DNA from: a virus
Length of the DNA stretch: 64,000 nucleotides
Strand: one strand, 5' to 3'
IMG/VR virus record: IMGVR_UViG_3300049016_000019
Span: 238 to 64,237 of that record
The notes beneath the pieces were generated by a model. The model was given only the letters and a program-made list of their open reading frames with translations, was not told the DNA's origin and did not search any database. Shown one piece after another: positions 8,049 to 16,258 of the stretch; the first letter of the stretch is position 1, and each line of letters starts with the position of its first letter. A program made the translations under genes and the position numbers.

Positions 8049-8332
8049 AGTTCCTCCGCAGCGCGCTTGAGGGTGAGGATGACTTCCTCGGCCGTACGGT
8101 CTGGCTGATCGTTCCAGTCAGCGACGTTGACCCATCCCCCGGTGTGATACAGGTAACCGGTGAAGGCTTCACGCCCGGCGCTTTCGTAACCGGAGACAGC
8201 CAGAAGTGCGCCCGCTGCGCATACAGAGCCGTCCTTTTCCCTCATCATCCCCTGGGTCCAGCCGTGTTCGCTGATGTACTCAGCGGCGGCCTTGAGGGTT
8301 TCCTGTACGTCGGTCTTTCGCCGCTCCTGCAT
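8045..8332 (-). CDS. DUF6197-like protein, paralog 2
   Basis: TLKAAAEYISEHGWTQG...VCAAGAL...DWNDQPDRTAEEVILTLKRAA. Confidence 0.75.
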   Translation of the reverse strand: MQERRKTDVQETLKAAAEYISEHGWTQGMMREKDGSVCAAGALLAVSGYESAGREAFTGYLYHTGGWVNVADWNDQPDRTAEEVILTLKRAAEEL

Positions 8333-8637
8333 CACTTCTCCCACGGGGGTGTTCCTACTCCCTGGATCTCGATGATCCATACGCTGTCTTCGGTGTTGGC
8401 TGCGGTGACCTGACAAACGCCATCTCGCCCGTCCGGTAGGCGGATACGTGCTTCGGTGCCGAGGATGTCCATGAGACCGGGGGACAGCCCCATGAGCCGG
8501 AAGTGACCATACCACTCACGGGTTACGGAAGCACCATCGTGTTCGCGGAGCGCCGCCGAGCGGTGCAACTGGACGTGAGGGATGCGGGTTTGACGGCCTA
8601 CCGAGCACAGCGTCGCCGGACCCTGGTACATGATCAT
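8332..8637 (-). CDS. Hypothetical protein (DUF4873-like)
   Basis: YQGPATL...W.G...IRLPDGRDG...IQGVGTPP. Confidence 0.4.
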   Translation of the reverse strand: MIMYQGPATLCSVGRQTRIPHVQLHRSAALREHDGASVTREWYGHFRLMGLSPGLMDILGTEARIRLPDGRDGVCQVTAANTEDSVWIIEIQGVGTPPWEK

Positions 8638-9185
8638 ATCTCACTGATCCTTACGGTTCCGTCCGGTAGACGCTGAACGCGATCAAAGATTGACGGCGGC
8701 CGATGTATGGCGGCCAGCCCGTCCTCCGCCCACATCACCGGATGCCGGTCGGCGTCCCCGTACACCTGGTGCTGGTCGTCGGGCAGATCTGCGGCGTCGG
8801 GTATGCACTCCTGGCATACGCACCGGCCGGTCTCCCAGCGGGCCACGTGGTTGTGGTGCTCCGGCCACATGCCACACTCCCCGCACAAGCGGGCGCCCGG
8901 CTCGTCCGGGTCCTGATAGAAGCCGTGCGTCGCCCCAGGGGGATCGGGCTCCAACGCCTCTCGTACGGCCTCCATTTGGCGGTTCGAGGCTTCCGGGCGG
9001 GCGTGCAGCGGGCCGATCGACCAGCATACGGCCTCTAGCAGTGCTGCGATCAGTGCGTTGATGTCGCGCACGTCTACGCGAAAGGTTCGATGGTCTTCGT
9101 AGTCGGAGGCGTATTGCACGTTCACGTCGGTCACGCACTCGGTTACGTCGATGCCTGCGATTTCGATACGGAGGGGGCGGGTCAT
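8634..9185 (-). CDS. Hypothetical protein
   Basis: 4-nt overlaps both sides; CGECG..H, CVCQEC. Confidence 0.5.
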   Translation of the reverse strand: MTRPLRIEIAGIDVTECVTDVNVQYASDYEDHRTFRVDVRDINALIAALLEAVCWSIGPLHARPEASNRQMEAVREALEPDPPGATHGFYQDPDEPGARLCGECGMWPEHHNHVARWETGRCVCQECIPDAADLPDDQHQVYGDADRHPVMWAEDGLAAIHRPPSIFDRVQRLPDGTVRISEI

Positions 9186-9355
9186 TGCAGATCCTTGCGG
9201 GTTGGGAAGTCCTTGATCTTGGCGTGCTGACAGGTGCAGGAGACGGGGTACTCGCAGCGGTGCTTGACGTACTTGTTGGCTACCAACTTCAGAACCGGGC
9301 TGTCGTGTCGCTTGCGGGATTCATCGGCTGCCCGGCAGCAGCTTTGACACATCAT
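9182..9355 (-). CDS. Small Cys-rich protein (57 aa)
   Basis: Hand translation MMCQSCCRAAD...HRCEYPVSCTCQH; ATGA overlaps on both sides. Confidence 0.55.
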   Translation of the reverse strand: MMCQSCCRAADESRKRHDSPVLKLVANKYVKHRCEYPVSCTCQHAKIKDFPTRKDLQ

Positions 9356-9711
9356 GCCGACTCTCTTTCTTGCTGTGCCTTATACCGCCTGCGGGTGTCG
9401 TCGTACAGGAACGGGATGTTGGCGATGCGGTCGCACTCCTCGGGGTAGTGCCCCAACTCGTAGGCCATGTGCCAGAGTTCCAGCCGCGCAATCGGGTCGA
9501 CCATCGAGCGGTCTTCCTCGCTACGCTTCACCCGCTCCGGATAGAACACGCGGAGCAGCGCGTAGCGAGTGGCCTTGAGCACGCCCCGAGCAAACGGACG
9601 GTACCAGCGCAGCCCGCGCGGCAGTTCGAGGTCGCAATCGGCTGCGGCAATGGTGAGCATGAACACGCCGATAGCGCCATAGAGCGCGATGACGATAATG
9701 ACATCGGTCAT
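9352..9711 (-). CDS. Membrane-anchored hypothetical protein
   Basis: N-terminal TM helix VIIVIALYGAIGVFMLTIAA. Confidence 0.55.
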   Translation of the reverse strand: MTDVIIVIALYGAIGVFMLTIAAADCDLELPRGLRWYRPFARGVLKATRYALLRVFYPERVKRSEEDRSMVDPIARLELWHMAYELGHYPEECDRIANIPFLYDDTRRRYKAQQERESA

Positions 9712-9713
9712 GC

Positions 9714-9989
9714 TTACTCCGCTGCCTTCTTCATTGCGAGGATCACGTCCTCGGCCGCGCGCTCCGGTGCGTCGTTCCAGTCAGGGATACCGCAATACTG
9801 GTCAGTGCCGATATGGTCCATCAGCCGATACATTGCACCCTGAGCGTCGTGACCTAGCGACCAGTTGGTGACTTTCCGAATAGCGCCTACCGCGCAGTAT
9901 CGACCCTGGGAATCTGACAGTCCCCCCTGACACCACCCGTGCTCGGCGAGGGTGTCGGCGGCCTTGAGTAGTATCTCACTGGGCGTCAT
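9714..9989 (-). CDS. DUF6197-like protein, paralog 3
   Basis: MTPSEILLKAADTLAEHGWCQG...YCAVGAI...DWNDAPERAAEDVILAMKKAA. Confidence 0.75.
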   Translation of the reverse strand: MTPSEILLKAADTLAEHGWCQGGLSDSQGRYCAVGAIRKVTNWSLGHDAQGAMYRLMDHIGTDQYCGIPDWNDAPERAAEDVILAMKKAAE

Positions 9990-10218
9990 CATCGTTCTCC
10001 CACTCCGTACAGCCGCACTCGGCGGTGATCCGCTTGAGCCAGGCTTCCACTTGCATGGACAGCATGGATTCGTTGTATCCCTGAGCGACACGATCCCAGT
10101 ACCGTACGGCCGTTGCTCCGAGGGCCAGGATCGCTGCTGTCATGATCACGTATCTCAATGGCTTGACGCCTCCTCCGGATCGATCCAGTCGCACGCAACG
10201 AACTTGACGGTACGCCAT
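9976..10218 (-). CDS. Small membrane-anchored protein
   Basis: YVIMTAAILALGATAV hydrophobic segment; start probably near 10158. Confidence 0.4.
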   Translation of the reverse strand: MAYRQVRCVRLDRSGGGVKPLRYVIMTAAILALGATAVRYWDRVAQGYNESMLSMQVEAWLKRITAECGCTEWENDDDAQ

Positions 10219-10370
10219 GCCTGACTACGCTCCCCCTTGTCCAAGGCTCCGACCATGGCTGCGGCGGCTTTGGCGGTAGCGTCCAGTGAGGAGTCCGCTT
10301 CCTGGGCGCTGAACCACGCCTCTTGCTTCTCGCCGTAGATATCCAACGTGACCTTGAACATCAGAACCAT
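10155..10370 (-). CDS. Hypothetical protein
   Basis: Tiling ORF. Confidence 0.45.
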   Translation of the reverse strand: MVLMFKVTLDIYGEKQEAWFSAQEADSSLDATAKAAAAMVGALDKGERSQAWRTVKFVACDWIDPEEASSH

Positions 10371-10666
10371 ACCGATCTATAGGAGATATCGCTCATGCGC
10401 CGGAGGATAGGCGTGTAATTGGCGTCCATTTGCTTGAGTAGCACCTCAAAGCAACTGGTGATCTCAAGCACGGCGTAGGCGGTCATGGACCCTTTGAGGA
10501 ACACCCGCATGCCTACCTCGATTTCGAGCCCCCCGGCACGTTCGACAGCGTCGCATTTCTCGCACAGCGCCATCATGTCCCGATGGGTGTTGTTGCAGAA
10601 CCCGCCGCATCCGGAACAGGGTTTTCGTCCAGGGACGGGGAAGAACATCGCGCCTCCGCCGTACAT
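10361..10666 (-). CDS. Zn-ribbon plus SH3/KOW-like hypothetical protein
   Basis: CSGC...CEKC then IEVGMRVFL; TGATG overlap with HicA-like gene. Confidence 0.5.
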   Translation of the reverse strand: MYGGGAMFFPVPGRKPCSGCGGFCNNTHRDMMALCEKCDAVERAGGLEIEVGMRVFLKGSMTAYAVLEITSCFEVLLKQMDANYTPILRRMSDISYRSVWF

Positions 10667-11175
10667 CACGCCTCCTTGTCTAGCGGATCGTTGACGGGGA
10701 ACCCGGCGCGCTGACAGGCGCGCTCTATGCGCAACGCCTCGCGTATCCACTCGCGCGCCCGCTCTTCGTTGTCGTCCGTGATCCGTTGGCCGACGAGCCC
10801 GCGTAGTTGGCTCTGTAGTTCCGCGTGGCGGGCATGGAGCGCCTGATAGTGCTCCTCGACCCGCTCGCGCTCCTCTTCCCGGCGCGCGCGCTCAGCGAGC
10901 ACTTCGTCCATCGAGAAGCGCGGACCGCGTTGGCTGACATGCCGATAGTGCCCGGCGTTCGGCTTGTGAGGTAGCTGACCGCAGATGCGGCGGATCTCCG
11001 CGAGGGTGTTGAGCAACCCTCGGTTGTCGGATGGGGTGCCGGGTAGCGTCACCGTCTGCCCGTCGTGGTATTTGAGCTTGTGGTGAGAGCGGCCGGTCAG
11101 ACCCTCATACTCCCACCCGTGGCCGGTGGCCCACTGGATGATGCGGCGCACCTCTGCGTGAGTTATCCGGGTCAT
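10666..11175 (-). CDS. hicA-like: HicA-like RNase-fold protein with C-terminal coiled coil
   Basis: GWEYEGLTGRSHHKLKYHDGQTVTLPGTPSDNRGLLNTLAEIRR. Confidence 0.7.
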   Translation of the reverse strand: MTRITHAEVRRIIQWATGHGWEYEGLTGRSHHKLKYHDGQTVTLPGTPSDNRGLLNTLAEIRRICGQLPHKPNAGHYRHVSQRGPRFSMDEVLAERARREEERERVEEHYQALHARHAELQSQLRGLVGQRITDDNEERAREWIREALRIERACQRAGFPVNDPLDKEA

Positions 11176-11528
11176 GACAAAGACCCTTTCTCATGCCCGT
11201 TGGTTATCAGGTCCCCGGCGAGGGTGTGCGCGCAGTCGTCGCACCACACCGAGCCGAGCCAGCGGCCGAACTTGGCGTCCGCCACGCCCTGGCTGTGCAC
11301 CGTGGCCCTGAACGTCCGGACGCGGATATCGTGCGGCTCATGGGCCAGGAACCACGTCGCGCTGTACGCCCTGGCCAGGGTGCCGGGGTCGGTGCGTATC
11401 TCGGGGGTATCGATGTCCGCGAGACGGATGTTGAGCGTGGACGTGAGTCCGAACCCAAGATCCAGCGTCATGACGAACGTGTCGCCGTCCTTGATCTTGT
11501 CAACTTGGATGATCTGGTACTCGTACAT
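11172..11528 (-). CDS. Thermonuclease (SNase) family nuclease
   Basis: IKDGDTF...IRLADIDTPE...KFGRWLG; no signal peptide. Confidence 0.85.
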   Translation of the reverse strand: MYEYQIIQVDKIKDGDTFVMTLDLGFGLTSTLNIRLADIDTPEIRTDPGTLARAYSATWFLAHEPHDIRVRTFRATVHSQGVADAKFGRWLGSVWCDDCAHTLAGDLITNGHEKGSLS

Positions 11529-11761
11529 CACTCGCTCCCGGTGTAACGGATGTACAACGCCGTTCCAAGGTCCACGTCCACGACCTTGACACCCCAGTCG
11601 TCGGGGGGCAGGTAGTACGGCATCCGCCCCCCTGTGATGGCGTAGGCGACTCCCTGAGCGGAGTAACGAGCCGGGTAGGTGGTGACATACACCCACTGGC
11701 CGGGGGCCTTCTTAGCCGTGGCCACAGACTCCCGATGGCTCGCTTTGGGCTTGCGCTTCAC
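11528..11761 (-). CDS. Hypothetical protein
   Basis: GTG start, AKKAPGQWV...A..I..G pattern, TGATG overlap with SNase. Confidence 0.45.
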   Translation of the reverse strand: MKRKPKASHRESVATAKKAPGQWVYVTTYPARYSAQGVAYAITGGRMPYYLPPDDWGVKVVDVDLGTALYIRYTGSE

Positions 11762-11891
11762 TTCCCCACGACCTCCGCTATGGTGCCCAGGATCATGGCG
11801 GTCATGATCAGAGAAAAGACCAGCAGGGCGTAGAACCGCTTGTCGCTCATGGAGGATCGCCGTCGTCGAGTAGGGGGCGGGTCGATGGTCG

Positions 11892-12395
11892 TCACAGTGA
11901 TGCCGTCCGCTCAAAGTCGGTGATGTGAAGCTTGACGTTGGCTGTGTCCAACGTGGTGGGCGAAGAGCCCTTGCTGGTCTGCTTGGGAAGGACGTTGCTT
12001 ACCAACTCGGTACCGTTGGCGATGCGTTCGCCCTTACTGTTGATCGCTTCCCAGTCCCACGTGTAGTCGCTCTTCTCGGAGCTGTGGTTCTGGATCGTGA
12101 ACGCCACCCAGACGTTGGTAAAACTGCCGCCGATGGAGCGGTCGTCGATCTTGAAGGAGACCAGGTCGTCCCGCTCGGGGTTCGTCTTCTTGGGCGTGGA
12201 ACGGTTGGGCTGATCATCCTTGGGGGCCGTGGACGAGGGGGGTACTGTCGTGGGCGCGTCGGAGGAATTGGAGATCGTTGACCCAACTCCGCACGAGATA
12301 GCGGCAGTTGCCACGAACGCGGCGGTGAGTAGGCCCACCTTGAGGTACTTCTTCCGCTTCGGAGGCGGGGGAACGCTGGTGATCGGGTAAGTCAT
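11892..12395 (-). CDS. Membrane-anchored/lipoprotein with FxLYD-like Ig domain
   Basis: KRKKY + hydrophobic helix + Cys; S/T/P linker; FTIQNHSSEKSDY..EAINSKGERI. Confidence 0.6.
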   Translation of the reverse strand: MTYPITSVPPPPKRKKYLKVGLLTAAFVATAAISCGVGSTISNSSDAPTTVPPSSTAPKDDQPNRSTPKKTNPERDDLVSFKIDDRSIGGSFTNVWVAFTIQNHSSEKSDYTWDWEAINSKGERIANGTELVSNVLPKQTSKGSSPTTLDTANVKLHITDFERTASL

Positions 12396-12461
12396 GAGGG
12401 GTCTTTTCGGTGAGGGGGAGACTTACGCCACCATTTCATCCCCTACTGGCGAGTAGAGCAA

Positions 12462-12477
12462 TGTGATCTGCGTCACA
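12462..12477. promoter_or_regulatory. Perfect Crp/GlxR-type box TGTGA-N6-TCACA
   Basis: TGTGA-TCTGCG-TCACA in the intergenic gap, about 70 bp upstream of the lipoprotein gene. Confidence 0.55.
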
Positions 12478-12478
12478 C

Positions 12479-12964
12479 CTAGGGACACTGTCCCCTTGAT
12501 ATTTCAGGTTGCGGGTGCACGATGCGGGTGATGCGCGTACCTGCGATGATCTTCAAGCATCCGTCGCACGGCTTGTCGGTGACATACAGCGTGGCCCCGT
12601 CCAGGCGGGAGCGGTCCGCGTACAGCAGCGCGTTCAGCTCGGCATGGCAGGCTATGCAGGCCCCCTTGCCGGTGTCGTACGAGGAGTCCGGCTCCACGGC
12701 ATCGGGACAGGGCCACCATTTCCCGCAGGCACACACGTCGGGGCCGCTATCTCCGGGCCGCCGGTAGTGCTGCCCCCGTGGGCACTCGCCCCGTAGGCAC
12801 GACGGCCCACCGGGCGGCGATCCGTTGTACCCGGTCGAGGCGACGCGGTTTTCGGTGTCCAGGATGACGGCCCCGACCTTGCGGCGGGTGCAGTCGGCGC
12901 GAGTCGCCACGGCGTTGGCGAGGTTCAGCGCCCAGTCATCCCATGAGGGGCGGTCAGTCATCAA
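12479..12964 (-). CDS. dCMP deaminase (ComEB-like)
   Basis: RADCTRRKVGAVI...TGYNG...CHAELNA...YVTDKPCDGCLK. Confidence 0.9.
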   Translation of the reverse strand: MMTDRPSWDDWALNLANAVATRADCTRRKVGAVILDTENRVASTGYNGSPPGGPSCLRGECPRGQHYRRPGDSGPDVCACGKWWPCPDAVEPDSSYDTGKGACIACHAELNALLYADRSRLDGATLYVTDKPCDGCLKIIAGTRITRIVHPQPEISRGQCP

Positions 12965-13121
12965 GCTCCGCCTTCTCCGCTTCGGTAAGCAGGTCCGCCC
13001 GACGCTCGTCGGACAGGCCCCAAGCGTCCCATAGGACCGTTACCTCGCGGCCGTTCACCTTGACCACGACTCCGGGGCTGTCGTCGTACCACACGCGGTC
13101 GCCGACTTTGATGTCAGTCAT
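12954..13121 (-). CDS. Small SH3/KOW-like protein
   Basis: IKVGDRVWY...GVVVKV...VTVLWD. Confidence 0.5.
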   Translation of the reverse strand: MTDIKVGDRVWYDDSPGVVVKVNGREVTVLWDAWGLSDERRADLLTEAEKAELDD

Positions 13122-13335
13122 GGCTGCCCTCTTTCGTGCAGTCCAGCCGATGCCCCGTGAACCGCCCGCACTCCGGACAGTCGATGCTTCTGTCGCCCTG
13201 CCGCGCCCGGATACGCCACTCACGGTAGCGCTCACACTCTCTCGCGAACTCTCGATCGGCCCGCTCGCAGGTCTGCCGCAGTATCTCGATGCTGTCCAGC
13301 CAGCGGCGGTTGATCTCTTCGTAGTCGTCAGTCAT
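13114..13335 (-). CDS. Hypothetical protein with C-terminal CPECG..HxxxC
   Basis: Tiling ORF. Confidence 0.45.
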   Translation of the reverse strand: MTDDYEEINRRWLDSIEILRQTCERADREFARECERYREWRIRARQGDRSIDCPECGRFTGHRLDCTKEGSHD

Positions 13336-13448
13336 TTCGTCACAAACGTGTAGATGGCCCAGACGATGAAGCCCCAGAAGGCCAGGTTCAGTACGGCGGC
13401 CACGATCCAGAGCAGTACGACGAAAGCTATGGCCCGATCCTCTTTCAC
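13332..13448 (-). CDS. 38-aa membrane micropeptide
   Basis: MKEDRAIAFVVLLWIVAAVLNLAFWGFIVWAIYTFVTK; GGAG RBS. Confidence 0.55.
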   Translation of the reverse strand: MKEDRAIAFVVLLWIVAAVLNLAFWGFIVWAIYTFVTK

Positions 13449-13449
13449 G

Positions 13450-13542
13450 TTAGCTCCATCCGTTCGCGAATCCAATGATCAGGCATCCAATGATGATCTC
13501 GGCTACGAGTATCCATGGCGCCCATCTCAGATACCAGTCCAA
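13450..13542 (-). CDS. 30-aa membrane micropeptide
   Basis: TTG start; MDWYLRWAPWILVAEIIIGCLIIGFANGWS. Confidence 0.45.
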   Translation of the reverse strand: MDWYLRWAPWILVAEIIIGCLIIGFANGWS

Positions 13543-13546
13543 CAAC

Positions 13547-13618
13547 TTACTTGCCTCGCATGGTAAGGATCAGTGCGAGCAGCAGGAAGAACCCTGCCGC
13601 TACCAGTAGTTCACCCAC
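13547..13618 (-). CDS. 23-aa membrane micropeptide
   Basis: GTG start overlapping upstream stop; MGELLVAAGFFLLLALILTMRGK. Confidence 0.45.
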   Translation of the reverse strand: MGELLVAAGFFLLLALILTMRGK

Positions 13619-14129
13619 GGAGGAACCTCTTCGCGAAGTCGCCGGGCGTCACATCGTACGGTTTGCGCCCGTCATTGAACAGATGAACCCCGCAGTGCCA
13701 GGCGATAGCGTCCACGGCCTGCGAGCAGATCAGCTTGCTTGACTTGCTGACCCGCCCCCGCAGGAAGCGCTCGGTGAGGGGCATGGGCAGGCGGTAGGCG
13801 GCTAGGTAGAAGTAGGTATCCCAGTTGTACCCGGCGCCGTCCAGCGTGCGGGCGTAGGCGCTCATGCATGCCACCTGGGCGTCGGTGGCGCCGTACTCCT
13901 CGCGGCTGATCAGGGCCACGGTCCGCCCTCGGTACGCCGTTTGCTTGATGACCGCCGCCCCGCTCGGCCGCGCCTCGAACAGCTCCCCGTTGTCCAGGGC
14001 GAGAGCCACGTGGTTCCACTTGCTTGGGTCGCCGTTGAGCACCTGAAGTGCGCGCACCACTCGGGCGCCCCAGTTCTTGTCGGCGGTCAGGATGATCGTG
14101 CCAGCCTTCACAACAGTACCTTCTTGCAT
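13611..14129 (-). CDS. Permuted papain-like NlpC/P60 enzyme (YiiX/YaeF-like)
   Basis: KWNHVAL (His) precedes GAGYNW and LICSQAV (Cys); ends VTPGDF. Confidence 0.8.
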   Translation of the reverse strand: MQEGTVVKAGTIILTADKNWGARVVRALQVLNGDPSKWNHVALALDNGELFEARPSGAAVIKQTAYRGRTVALISREEYGATDAQVACMSAYARTLDGAGYNWDTYFYLAAYRLPMPLTERFLRGRVSKSSKLICSQAVDAIAWHCGVHLFNDGRKPYDVTPGDFAKRFLRG

Positions 14130-14223
14130 CCGGTGCAGATCTTATACTTGATGCGCCCTACCAGGACGCCGTCATGGGTCTCGGCACGCACCTCGCGGCT
14201 ACGCCATGTATGGATATGCACAT

Positions 14224-14451
14224 TCAGACTCGCCACCAGTTCCTCCCGGGACACTCGATCTCACACGGGCACCACGGGTCACGGGTGCCGTACCTGACAT
14301 GCTGTTCGCCGCACAGCTTGACGCGCAACTCGGAACGGTTCAAGCGTGCGTCTCTGCGCTGCGCCTCACCGATGACGTGAGCCAGGAAGATCTCTTCATC
14401 TCCGGGCAGGTACACGTTAGCTACCGGGGCACTCCGGCGAATCCGATTCAC
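14224..14451 (-). CDS. Hypothetical protein
   Basis: 4-nt overlap with the phosphoesterase gene. Confidence 0.4.
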   Translation of the reverse strand: MNRIRRSAPVANVYLPGDEEIFLAHVIGEAQRRDARLNRSELRVKLCGEQHVRYGTRDPWCPCEIECPGRNWWRV

Positions 14452-15497
14452 GAAAGGCGCACCCCATACTCGGCATTGACTCGCCCCTTCTCAGGGTCCA
14501 CGTACAAGAGCCACTGCATAGGCTCGGATTGGGCGGCCAAGTTCTCAGCGGCGTAGGTATTGGTGCTCTCCGTTGAGCCGTTGCAGTACACGTCACGGTG
14601 ATTGAGGGGGATGCGGGCGAGCTGATGCCAGTGCCCCATGTATACGTCCTGGAACATGACGTTAGCACCCAGTCCACCGGAACCCCAACCCTGGACCTTC
14701 TTGCCCAGTCCATACCAGGGGAAGCCTGAGTGCCCCCGTATCTGGTCGCCGTGTATCAACAGTGCTTTGTACGCGCCGAGTTCCATGATCTGGTACCAGT
14801 TGCGCTCGCCTTTAGGGTCGGTCATGATCAGCTTGAAGCGGGGCTCGTCACGGAGCATGAGCTGTACCACGCGATAGAGCATCCGGTCCGCGTTATCCAT
14901 AGGCCCGAACTGGCCTCGGCGGCCGATACGCCCATGGTTGCCGTCAACGGCGTACATGGTGACGGTCTCAAAGTGGCGGAGCAGGTACCGGACGAAATCC
15001 ACCACGATGACGGGAGTCGTGTTGAGTAGCTGGTCATACAGCGTGGAGTCGATGAGCCACTGTTGGCCGGGGAATATATCCACGCCTTCAATGAAGTCTC
15101 CAAGTGCCGGTATGGCGCAGTGTCTTACCGGGTGGTCCTCCCGCTGGACCTGAGTGATGCTCACGATCTTCTCGGCGTAGCGCATCACTCGCTCGCGGCA
15201 TACCTCTGTGTTGTAGTCGGGAGTGATCTTACCGGTTTGCAGATCCGAGAGCATCGGCACGGCAAGCTCTTCGCGGCGACTCCTACTTACCTTACCGACA
15301 GCCCCTGGACGTGGGACGGGCTTGATGGTCTGACGCTCAATAGCTTCAGTGACTGCTGTCCAGAGGGTGGACAGGTAGTCCTGATGCTTGTGCTTGACCT
15401 CGTAAAGCTGACGAGCCAACGCTGCGTTGCGTGCCTTGAGGCGCGCGATGTCGTTGGACTCGGTAGCTTCATCCTCGAACTCGTCCCACTCGTTCAT
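14448..15497 (-). CDS. Calcineurin-like metallophosphoesterase with N-terminal coiled coil
   Basis: LSDLQ, LGDFIEG, DGNHGR, IHGD, GHWH; start re-called at MNEWD. Confidence 0.85.
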   Translation of the reverse strand: MNEWDEFEDEATESNDIARLKARNAALARQLYEVKHKHQDYLSTLWTAVTEAIERQTIKPVPRPGAVGKVSRSRREELAVPMLSDLQTGKITPDYNTEVCRERVMRYAEKIVSITQVQREDHPVRHCAIPALGDFIEGVDIFPGQQWLIDSTLYDQLLNTTPVIVVDFVRYLLRHFETVTMYAVDGNHGRIGRRGQFGPMDNADRMLYRVVQLMLRDEPRFKLIMTDPKGERNWYQIMELGAYKALLIHGDQIRGHSGFPWYGLGKKVQGWGSGGLGANVMFQDVYMGHWHQLARIPLNHRDVYCNGSTESTNTYAAENLAAQSEPMQWLLYVDPEKGRVNAEYGVRLS

Positions 15498-15501
15498 GGC
15501 C

Positions 15502-15777
15502 TTATCCCTCTCGCCTGCAAGAGCACTCACGTCTGCGGTGCCTTGCGATCGTCCGACCGGAGGGGGCGTCCGCACCCAGGCGCTTTTCAAGCGCGCGAGA
15601 TACAGAGTGAGCGGTCAGGTTTGGGTTGTCGATAGCTGTAGCGACCGTGTCAACGGCATCAACGGGCAACGTGTCCAGCAGGACAGCGATACTGCACCGC
15701 GCCCCGCTACCCTTGATGCTCAGGGCCTTGGCTTCGTGCTCAAAGTCGGCCCAGTCGTTTTTCTTTACCGAACCCAT
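15502..15777 (-). CDS. Small HTH/Zn protein
   Basis: RCSIAVLL...TIARHRRRECSC. Confidence 0.55.
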   Translation of the reverse strand: MGSVKKNDWADFEHEAKALSIKGSGARCSIAVLLDTLPVDAVDTVATAIDNPNLTAHSVSRALEKRLGADAPSGRTIARHRRRECSCRREG

Positions 15778-16016
15778 CGTTTGTGTGCTCCATTCCGTCC
15801 CGCGCTGCGTTCCAACTGGTCTGCCAGATCACGGAAAGCGCGCGCGGTTGCTATGTCCACCCCGGTTTGCAGAACGAACGCATCGTCAGGATGCCGCTTG
15901 GCTGTGCCGTAGCCTGTGAAACGACCCCCCTCAATGACGACAGTAGTGAACTGCTGGTTACTGTCCACATGGATAGTGCCCTTGATCTCCTGCTTACGCT
16001 CGCGGAGTTGTCTCAC
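15765..16016 (-). CDS. DUF1876-like dsRBD-fold protein
   Basis: FTGYGTAKRHPDD...GVDIATARAFRDLA. Confidence 0.7.
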   Translation of the reverse strand: MRQLRERKQEIKGTIHVDSNQQFTTVVIEGGRFTGYGTAKRHPDDAFVLQTGVDIATARAFRDLADQLERSAGRNGAHKRWVR

Positions 16017-16258
16017 TTCTTGGCCTCTTCCAGTTCGATGGCACGAGCGAGGAAGTGCTGGGCTTTCCAGAGATCGCCCAGTCTGGACGCGCCATCCTTG
16101 CGACCGGCGCGGAGCAGATACTTGGCGACAGAGCCCAGGTAGTAATCCAGCTCGAACGCGTCGATGACATCCCAGGGCTGAAGTCCGTTAGGGGCACGGT
16201 AGTAGGGAGGGCCGTACGACGTGGCCCCCTCTCGCTCACTCACCCTCTTGTTCCTCAC
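16013..16258 (-). CDS. DUF3310 family protein
   Basis: PPYY...QPWDVI...YYLGSVAKYLLRAGRKDG...DLWKAQHFL. Confidence 0.85.
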   Translation of the reverse strand: MRNKRVSEREGATSYGPPYYRAPNGLQPWDVIDAFELDYYLGSVAKYLLRAGRKDGASRLGDLWKAQHFLARAIELEEAKK

